From a candidate division WWE3 bacterium UBA1401 (GTDB lineage Bacteria > Patescibacteriota > WWE3 > UBA101185 > UBA10185), in NCBI GenBank assembly GCA_002305115.1, contig DBQF01000001.1, positions 92,447-156,446 of the forward strand: 64,000 nucleotides of DNA. Reading direction: 5' to 3'. Shown here piece after piece: positions 57,009-64,000 of this stretch (the stretch's first letter is position 1; each line of letters begins with the position of its first letter). The translations under genes and the position numbers were made by a program. The notes under the pieces were generated by a model. The model saw only the letters and a list, made by a program, of their open reading frames with translations. It did no database searches and had not been told where the DNA came from.

Positions 57009-58130
57009 ATGGCAATAACAGAATTTAGTGCAGCACTAAACCAGGTAGCTACTGAAAGAGGTATTCCGGTAGAAAGTGTACTGGAATCTATTAAAGTGGC
57101 TCTAGTTTCTGCCTATAAAAAAGACTATGGCAAAGATGACACTGATGTAGTAGCAGAAATCAATCCGGAGACGGGTGAGGCCCGTATTCTTAAAGATAGT
57201 AAAGATGTAACACCGTCAGGATTTGGCAGAATAGCCGCGCAAACGGCTAAGCAAGTTATTCTCCAAAATATCAGGGAAACCGAAAAAGAAGTGATCTTTG
57301 ATGAATATAAAGACAGGGTTGGTACTATTGTTAGTGGTCATATCTTCAGAGTTGATGGTGACACCATTGTTTTAGACTTAGGTAAGGCACATGGAATATT
57401 ACTACCTTCCGAAAAAGTTGAAACTGAAGACTATAGGGTAAATCAAAGGTTAAAGGTGCTGATAAAGGAAGTTAGGGAAGGTTCTAAGGGTCCGGAAATT
57501 ATTGTCTCCCGAGCAGATCCTCAATTTATTGTGAAGTTATTTGAACAAGAAGTTCCGGAAATTGCCTCAGGTATTGTAAAGATAGAAGCTGTAGCCAGAG
57601 AGGCTGGGTCTAGAACCAAAATTGCTGTTTCATCTACAGATGAAAAAATAGACCCGGTGGGCAGCTGTGTTGGTAGAAAGGGTGTGCGTGTGCAGTCTAT
57701 AATATCCGAAATATTTGGCGAAAAGATTGATATTATTCCTTTTTCGCCTGTTATAGATAAATTTATTGCTGCAAGCCTATCCCCTGCCAGAGTTACCGAG
57801 GTAGAACTTATTGGTGAAGAAAAGCGCGCTGTAGTTTCCGTGCCGGAGGATCAGCAAAGTTTAGCTATTGGTAAGGCTGGCCAGAACGCCAGGCTCGCTA
57901 ATAAACTTACCAGATGGAAAATCGATATTAAGGGTGCTGCAGGGTTCTTCGATGAAGTGGCTGAAACGCCCGAGCAGGAAGAAAAGAAAGCTGTTGTGGG
58001 AGTTTGGGATGCAGCAATAAAGGAACAAAAACATGAAGAGAAAGAACCTGTCGAGCAACCTGCTGAAACTGACGAGTCTGCTAAGGAAGTTTCACAGGAA
58101 GAACCTCAGGAAGCACCAGAAGAAGCCTAA
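57009..58130 (+). CDS. nusA: Transcription factor NusA
   Basis: FGRIAAQTAKQVI, AREAGSRTK, DPVGSCVG, AIGK.GQNARLA. Confidence 0.97.
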   Translation: MAITEFSAALNQVATERGIPVESVLESIKVALVSAYKKDYGKDDTDVVAEINPETGEARILKDSKDVTPSGFGRIAAQTAKQVILQNIRETEKEVIFDEYKDRVGTIVSGHIFRVDGDTIVLDLGKAHGILLPSEKVETEDYRVNQRLKVLIKEVREGSKGPEIIVSRADPQFIVKLFEQEVPEIASGIVKIEAVAREAGSRTKIAVSSTDEKIDPVGSCVGRKGVRVQSIISEIFGEKIDIIPFSPVIDKFIAASLSPARVTEVELIGEEKRAVVSVPEDQQSLAIGKAGQNARLANKLTRWKIDIKGAAGFFDEVAETPEQEEKKAVVGVWDAAIKEQKHEEKEPVEQPAETDESAKEVSQEEPQEAPEEA

Positions 58131-58160
58131 CACAAGAATGCGAAGAGGAGTTTTAAATTT

Positions 58161-59648
58161 ATGGCAAATAATGAAGCAACTACAACTGAAGAATTACGTG
58201 CGCCTATTGTTACAGTTATGGGGCATGTCGACCACGGTAAAACCAGCATTCTTGATGCTATTAGAAAGACCAATGTTCAGGCTAAGGAATATGGTGGTAT
58301 AACTCAGCATATTGGTGCCTATCAAATAAGTTATTCCGATAAAAAAATTACCTTTATAGACACACCAGGTCATGCGGCTTTTACTCAGATGCGCGCCAGG
58401 GGCGGTAGGGCTGCGGATATTGTGGTTTTAGTTGTGGCAGCAGATGATGGCGTTATGCCACAGACTAAAGAGGCCATAGCCCATATCAAGGCCAATAAGG
58501 CTCCGGTTATTGTGGCCATTAATAAGATAGATCTCCCTGGGTCAGATCCGCAAAAAGTGAAGCAGCAGCTTGCTCAAGAAAACATTCTGGTTGAAGATTG
58601 GGGAGGTGATATTGTAAGTGTAGAGCTTTCTGCTAAAACCGGTCAAAATTTGGATAAATTGTTAGATGCAATCTTAGTGGTAGCAGAGCTAGAGCAATTA
58701 AAAGCTAACCCTAAAGGTGAGTTAGAAGCTGTCATTATTGAATCTAGGCTAGACAGAAAAAGGGGTGCAGTTGTTGCGGCTATAGTTAAAAGTGGTACCT
58801 TGCGTGTAGGTGATAAGGTTTCAGCAAGTGGTTATAGTGCAAAGGTAAGATCACTAATGGATGACAAGGGCAAGATGCTTAAAGAGGTTGGTCCATCCAC
58901 TCCGGTAGAGATTCTAGGTTTTAAGGAAGTGCCTAATGTAGGTGATTTGTTAGTGGAAGAAGGTAGCGACTTAGCTCAGCTGGCTGTAGACGAGCAGCGG
59001 GTTGAGATTGTTGGGCAGGATACTAAGCAAAGTATTGCTGTAATTATTAAGGCGGATACCCAAGGTACACTTGAAGCTGTTAAAGCAAGCTTGGCGGATT
59101 TGGTTGCTTCTTCTGTAGGTGCTACTTTTTCCTTGAAATTCCTCCATGCTTCTACAGGTGATGTGACAGATTCAGACATTTTGTTGGCTCAAAGCGCCAA
59201 GGGCATTGTTTTGGGTTTTGATGTACGTATCACTCCATCTGCAGCCGACTTGGCAGATAATGTGAAAGTTAAGTATAAAGTATACAAGACAATCTATGAG
59301 CTTATTGATGACGCTAAAGAGCTTTTGGAAGGGTCTGCACATAAAGAAGAGGAAAAGATTAAGGGTAGAGCCCAGGTGCTGCAGACGTTTAAGTTGCCTT
59401 CCGGTGATATTGTTGCGGGGTCTAAAGTTTTGGCAGGTGCATTGAAGGAGGGTAGTAGGGTGGCGATTTACGATAAGAATCCTGCTGACCTTACCGATGA
59501 AGACGTACCTTTGTATAGAGGTGTCGTTAAGAATCTGAAGAAGGGTAAGGATGAGGTGAAGTTGGTTGGTAAGGATGTTGAGTGTGGTGTTTTACTCAAA
59601 CCGCAGTTTGATGATATTGCAAAGGGTATGTTCATTGAAGTCTTATAA
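58161..59648 (+). CDS. infB: Translation initiation factor IF-2, short form lacking the N-terminal domain
   Basis: GHVDHGKT, GGITQHIG, DTPGH, NKID. Confidence 0.97.
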   Translation: MANNEATTTEELRAPIVTVMGHVDHGKTSILDAIRKTNVQAKEYGGITQHIGAYQISYSDKKITFIDTPGHAAFTQMRARGGRAADIVVLVVAADDGVMPQTKEAIAHIKANKAPVIVAINKIDLPGSDPQKVKQQLAQENILVEDWGGDIVSVELSAKTGQNLDKLLDAILVVAELEQLKANPKGELEAVIIESRLDRKRGAVVAAIVKSGTLRVGDKVSASGYSAKVRSLMDDKGKMLKEVGPSTPVEILGFKEVPNVGDLLVEEGSDLAQLAVDEQRVEIVGQDTKQSIAVIIKADTQGTLEAVKASLADLVASSVGATFSLKFLHASTGDVTDSDILLAQSAKGIVLGFDVRITPSAADLADNVKVKYKVYKTIYELIDDAKELLEGSAHKEEEKIKGRAQVLQTFKLPSGDIVAGSKVLAGALKEGSRVAIYDKNPADLTDEDVPLYRGVVKNLKKGKDEVKLVGKDVECGVLLKPQFDDIAKGMFIEVL

Positions 59649-59784
59649 CCTATTTTAAGTTTGTCTGCAGATAGGCAGGTTTGTCCCACTATGTCAAATT
59701 TCCATTAAAGTTTTTGAGGATGACCCTCGGTTTTTATACAGGGGTTGCAAAGACCCTCTAGTAATGCTACAATCGCCCGTTCTT

Positions 59785-60462
59785 ATGGAAGATACAAAAC
59801 CAGATAAAAAAATACAAGGCCTGGAGCTGCAGAATTTGATAAACAACGCTCATAGAGTGGCGGTGGTACCATCTAAATTTACCGGTGTTGATTCATTCTG
59901 CGCGGCGCTTGGCTTATATCATTTGCTACTTCAGAAGGGCAAACACACCTCTTTTATATATTCAGGTAACATTCCGAAAGTACTTGAAAACTTTGATCTT
60001 ATTTCTCCCGAAGAAATGGAAGCAAACACCGGAGATCGCAGTTTAGTAGTGTCTATCGATTATTCCGATACCCCTGCCGCTAACGTTCAATACTCTAATG
60101 AGGACAATGTATTGGAGCTAATTGTTTCGCCTGTAACCAAAGATTTTGATATTTCCGAACGACTAAAAGCAAAAGTTACCGGATTTAAATTTGACTTGGT
60201 TATTACAGTTGGACTGCAGGCTCTTACAGATTTGGGTTCTGTTTACGAAAACTTACGTGAGGAGCTTTCCCAAACAAGGCTGGTTAACCTGGACAATACA
60301 GGTAGCAATACTGGTTTCGGATATGTTAATATTGTCGACACATCAAAGGATAATTTAAGTCAGCTAGTGTTTGACTTAGCAGTAACTTTAGGTATATCGC
60401 CTAATATAAAATCGGCAAAAGCGTTGCTTATAGGAATGACCTATCGGGAACCTACTAATTAG
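59785..60462 (+). CDS. Degenerate DHH-phosphoesterase-like protein
   Basis: DS..AAL.L, FDLVITVG, VNLDN instead of DHH; sits after infB. Confidence 0.6.
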   Translation: MEDTKPDKKIQGLELQNLINNAHRVAVVPSKFTGVDSFCAALGLYHLLLQKGKHTSFIYSGNIPKVLENFDLISPEEMEANTGDRSLVVSIDYSDTPAANVQYSNEDNVLELIVSPVTKDFDISERLKAKVTGFKFDLVITVGLQALTDLGSVYENLREELSQTRLVNLDNTGSNTGFGYVNIVDTSKDNLSQLVFDLAVTLGISPNIKSAKALLIGMTYREPTN

Positions 60463-60501
60463 TTGATATACTAGTATTTCTTTGTTAAAATAGCGAGGTC
60501 T

Positions 60502-60759
60502 ATGAAGGAAAAATCTACAATTATAAATGAATATAGGATACACGACTCAGACACTGGGTCCCCTGAAGTACAGATTGCTCTACTGTCCGATAGAATTAAT
60601 AAGCTTTCCGAGCATCTAAAAACTCACAAAAAAGACAACCATTCCAGAAGAGGACTGCTCCAGTTAGTTGGTAAGAGAAGAAGACTTCTTGCTTACTTAA
60701 AAGAAAAAGACACGGAGAGATATAATAGTATTGTTGAAAAGTTAGAATTAAGTGGTTAA
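60502..60759 (+). CDS. rpsO: 30S ribosomal protein S15
   Basis: [24 protein letters not shown]. Confidence 0.98.
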   Translation: MKEKSTIINEYRIHDSDTGSPEVQIALLSDRINKLSEHLKTHKKDNHSRRGLLQLVGKRRRLLAYLKEKDTERYNSIVEKLELSG

Positions 60760-60762
60760 TTA

Positions 60763-60870
60763 AGGTTGGTTTGGCTTTCATCAGATTATCTGTTAAGGAT
60801 GAAATATTGCGCATACTGTGCCCAGTATTGCATCTTTTAACTCTAATCTCCTGACGTCCAAGTACCACCT
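60763..60870 (+). promoter_or_regulatory. Long imperfect stem-loop in the pnp leader
   Basis: AGGTTGGTTTGG/CCAAGTACCACCT, AGATTA/TAATCT, GTTAAGGATG/CATCTTTTAAC, ATACTG/CAGTAT. Confidence 0.6.
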
Positions 60871-60877
60871 AAAATAA

Positions 60878-62986
60878 ATGAATAAATATGTAAAAAAAGA
60901 AACAATGTTTGCCGGTAGGAAATTAATACTTGAAACCGGAGAGCTTGCTATGCAGGCTAATATGGCTGTTAAAGCAACATACGGTGATACAGTTGTGCTG
61001 GTTACTGCTACAACTGGGCCGCAGAACCCGGACATAGACTTTTTCCCGTTAACAGTAGTTTATGAGGAAAAATTGTATGCTAGTGGTTCTATAAAAACTT
61101 CCAGATTTGTCAAAAGAGAAGGCCGCCCGACCGATGAAGCAACTATTACTAAAAGGCTGATAGATCATGCTATCAGACCGTTATTTCCGTCTGATTATAT
61201 GGATGAAGTACAAGTTGTGGTTACTGTTCTATCTTTAGATGAAACCGCAGATCCGGAATTCATCAGCATGCTTGGTGTATCAGCTTGTTTAATGGCCTCC
61301 GATATTCCTTGGACTGGCCCTATGACTTCCGCCAGAGTGGGGTTTGTAGAAAATGATTATATGCTTAATCCATCCAGGGAAATTCTTCATACTTCAGAAC
61401 TTGATATGATGATTTCCTTCGTAGGTGAAGACAGAAAATACCTAGCTTTGGAAGCGGAAGCAGATGTTATTCCAGAAGAGCGAATTTTAGGCGGTATTGA
61501 ATTTGCCCGCAACAGTTTAGAGCCATTAGTTGGCTTTATTAATGACTTCGCTTCTGAGATAAACTCTGATGGTAAGAAGTATGTTTATGTATCTAAAGCT
61601 TTAGATGAAACAATGGTACGGGAAGTTAGCGCTGAGATAAAAGCCCCCATAATGGACATGCTCAAAAAAGGTTTGGAAAAGACTGAATCTAAAGAACTTC
61701 AGAGCAATCTGCTGGAAAAACTATTTGTAAAGTTTGAAGGTAAGTATAAGAAGACTGATTTGGTCAGGGCTTTTGCGGAGGTTGAGAAAGACGCGCTTCA
61801 GTCTTTAATCTTAGATGAAGGTGTCAGACCTGATGGTAGAGGACTAACCGATGTAAGGCCAATAACCTCACAAGTAGGGCTTTTGCCCAGAACTCATGGC
61901 AGTGCGTTGTTTACCCGAGGTTTAACTCAGATTTTAACTGTAGCGACCTTAGGCTCACCTTCACTAGAACTACTTATTCAAGATATGTATGGAGAAAGGG
62001 CAAAGAGGTATATTCACTTTTATAACTTCCCTCCATACTCTGTTGGCGAAACCGGCAGGTTTGGTGGCCCTGGCTCTAGAGAGATCGGTCATGGTATGTT
62101 GGCAGAAAAGGCTTTAAGACCGGTCGTCCCTGACCAGAAAGAATTCCCGTACACTATAGTGCTTACTTCGGAAACACTTTCTTCTAGTGGCTCAAGCTCT
62201 ATGGCTGCTACTTGTGGTTCAACACTTGCCCTGATGGATGCGGGGGTGCCTATTAAAGATATGGTTGGGGGCATTGGGGTGGGCCTAATAGTTAACGATG
62301 ATATGAGCAAATACCTGATTCTTACAGATTTGGCCTATATGGAAGATGCTTTCGGATTTTTAGATTTTAAAATGACAGGTACTAGAGCAGGCGTAACAGC
62401 TATTCAGTCTGATATGAAGCTTCCTGGTATTCCGTTTGAGCTTTTGCCCAAGATTTTTGAACAATCTAAAGAGGCCAGAATGAAAGTATTAGACGAAATG
62501 GAAAAAACCATTGCGCAGCCCAAAACTACTGTTTCGCAATATGCGCCAAAAATGGTTACTCTAAACATTGACCCAGACAAGATTGGTGTGGTTATTGGGG
62601 GTGGCGGTAAGACTATTAGGGAATTACAGGAAAGATTTAAGGTGGAGATCAATATCGAAGAAGATGGTACTGTGGTAATTTCTTCGCAAAATACTGAGGA
62701 TGCCCAGAAAGCTATGGAAACAGTGCGCGGTATGACGAAAGAAGTTGAAATTGGTGAAATTTACGAAGGTACTGTAGTAGATATTGCAGACTTTGGTGCT
62801 TTCGTGGAAATTTTACCTGGCAAAACAGGCTTGGTTCATATTAGTGAACTTGCCAATAAATATGTTGAAGACGTTACCGACATTGTACAAGTTGGCGATG
62901 TTATTCAGGTTAAGGTAATTGGTAAAGGTGAAGGAAAGATTAGCCTTTCCAAGAAAGCTCTTGAGCAGTCTTCAGGTAAAAAGTAG
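60878..62986 (+). CDS. pnp: Polyribonucleotide nucleotidyltransferase
   Basis: DFFPLTV.Y.E, R.DGR, RTHGSALF.RG.TQ, GSSSMA, KH and S1 domains. Confidence 0.98.
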   Translation: MNKYVKKETMFAGRKLILETGELAMQANMAVKATYGDTVVLVTATTGPQNPDIDFFPLTVVYEEKLYASGSIKTSRFVKREGRPTDEATITKRLIDHAIRPLFPSDYMDEVQVVVTVLSLDETADPEFISMLGVSACLMASDIPWTGPMTSARVGFVENDYMLNPSREILHTSELDMMISFVGEDRKYLALEAEADVIPEERILGGIEFARNSLEPLVGFINDFASEINSDGKKYVYVSKALDETMVREVSAEIKAPIMDMLKKGLEKTESKELQSNLLEKLFVKFEGKYKKTDLVRAFAEVEKDALQSLILDEGVRPDGRGLTDVRPITSQVGLLPRTHGSALFTRGLTQILTVATLGSPSLELLIQDMYGERAKRYIHFYNFPPYSVGETGRFGGPGSREIGHGMLAEKALRPVVPDQKEFPYTIVLTSETLSSSGSSSMAATCGSTLALMDAGVPIKDMVGGIGVGLIVNDDMSKYLILTDLAYMEDAFGFLDFKMTGTRAGVTAIQSDMKLPGIPFELLPKIFEQSKEARMKVLDEMEKTIAQPKTTVSQYAPKMVTLNIDPDKIGVVIGGGGKTIRELQERFKVEINIEEDGTVVISSQNTEDAQKAMETVRGMTKEVEIGEIYEGTVVDIADFGAFVEILPGKTGLVHISELANKYVEDVTDIVQVGDVIQVKVIGKGEGKISLSKKALEQSSGKK

Positions 62987-62999
62987 TGTACAATAAGCC

Positions 63000-63944
63000 T
63001 TGATGAAGCAAAGATACTGCCCAGCGTGTAATGCTAAGCTTTATGCATCAAATCACTTTTTTTGTACTTCATGTGGCCAAAAATTGCCTGAAGCACTTGT
63101 GGCCAGACCCAAGGTTACGCCTACTTCCGGGCAAGTTCCGGGGGTTTGGCAGCAATCTACGCCTGTAACTAAAAGACTAACGGTAGTTAGCAAAGATAAG
63201 TTAGTTGCCGGCTTATTCATGCTTATAGGTATCGCGAGCTTCATGCTTTCGTTTAAAGGCACTCCTGTTTTACTAAATAAACTGCCCTTAGCAGGAAAAA
63301 CTGCAAAGCCTTTAAGTCAGGGCGCTGTGACAGCTACAGATGCATCTAAAGAACAAAGAGTTTTAGAAACTGATGTAGATACAGTAAGCCTAAAACTTGT
63401 GGAAAAGCACGTAAGCTTTATTCCTTCAGATGCCGATATCTACATAGAAGCTGGAGATGTCAGCTGGCTCTTTCTTAACGATCTGTACTTTGATAGTGAG
63501 TCTGAAGAGCTTATTAGGAAACATTGCCTCGGCGATTTCAGCGCATTTGCTATTTTAAGTGACGCAGGGCAGCGAGAGTGGGGTGTAGTTATTAGTTTGG
63601 TTGATCCCTCAGAAGAAGAGATTGCGATAGTATTTGAAACTTTAGGCAAGGATTATTGGTACTATGAACTTGTCGAAAACACTTTAGCGGTAGCCACCAA
63701 TAAAGAAGTTCTGGACTTAATGTTGGCTGCTCACAGTGGTGTAATTAAGGACATAACTAAGAACCCAAAGTATGCTATGGCTAGGCCTCAACTTTACGAT
63801 GTGGGTAAAATACTCGTAATATTTACATCATTTGAAGGCAGAAAAGCTTTGGAAAGCTTAATAGGCTACGAGTCGGAGAACACGTTAAGAGCTATTATTA
63901 ACAATGTTTTAAATTTTGGTTACAATGAACTGATTATTAGATAA
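63000..63944 (+). CDS. Zinc-ribbon membrane protein
   Basis: CPAC..FCTSCG, then a TM segment and an extracellular domain. Confidence 0.7.
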   Translation: MMKQRYCPACNAKLYASNHFFCTSCGQKLPEALVARPKVTPTSGQVPGVWQQSTPVTKRLTVVSKDKLVAGLFMLIGIASFMLSFKGTPVLLNKLPLAGKTAKPLSQGAVTATDASKEQRVLETDVDTVSLKLVEKHVSFIPSDADIYIEAGDVSWLFLNDLYFDSESEELIRKHCLGDFSAFAILSDAGQREWGVVISLVDPSEEEIAIVFETLGKDYWYYELVENTLAVATNKEVLDLMLAAHSGVIKDITKNPKYAMARPQLYDVGKILVIFTSFEGRKALESLIGYESENTLRAIINNVLNFGYNELIIR

Positions 63945-63946
63945 CT

Positions 63947-64000
63947 ATGGCAGATAAAAAAGATTATATATTTGAAGAAATTTCAGCGCTTTCGGATAAG
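63947..64000 (+). CDS. Start of a gene cut by the window edge
   Basis: ATG 2 nt after the previous stop; MADKKDYIFEEISALSDK stays open to the end. Confidence 0.4.
   Translation, partial: MADKKDYIFEEISALSDK

Noticed and set aside
1-64000. CRISPR array or cas genes
   Set aside because: No regularly spaced direct repeats with unique spacers and no Cas motifs seen.
1-64000. Alternative genetic code
   Set aside because: Core genes are full length under code 11, and TGA ends genes normally (e.g. sufD, the GT2 gene).

Overview
This is chromosomal DNA from a reduced-genome bacterium, most likely Patescibacteria/CPR (WWE3 or Microgenomates-like). That is an inference from the short AlaRS and IF2, nusA-infB without rimP/rbfA/truB, many apparently leaderless genes and many orphan secreted proteins. 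Layout: sufC-B-D-S-U plus DUF1858 (1-4.4 kb); a giant secreted protein; tRNA-Asn followed by an integrative island (about 8.9-23 kb); an accessory stretch (ABC-F, M16 peptidase, GH113-like enzyme, LonC, lysyl-oxidase-like protein, msrA, GerMN; to about 38 kb); then core genes (ftsH, trpS, three tRNAs, Xer-like recombinase, alaS, envelope glycosyltransferases, tatD, mutL, nusA, infB, rpsO, pnp). The most striking signal is the tRNA-Asn island. A large serine recombinase has its last codons antisense to the tRNA 3' half, and its catalytic Ser codon reads Thr. Downstream, 3-4 scars (about 17.2, 18.9, 20.0 and 21.3 kb) each resemble that integrase C-terminus/att junction and separate small blocks of same-strand cargo genes. 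This looks like a tandem, integron-like accretion array built by serine recombinases. Other signals: a ~95 bp element placed exactly after the CCA of three different tRNAs, an interleaved two-hairpin leader in front of the recombinase, and an apparently circularly permuted GH-A barrel. All family calls come from recognising motifs by eye; no database searches were run.
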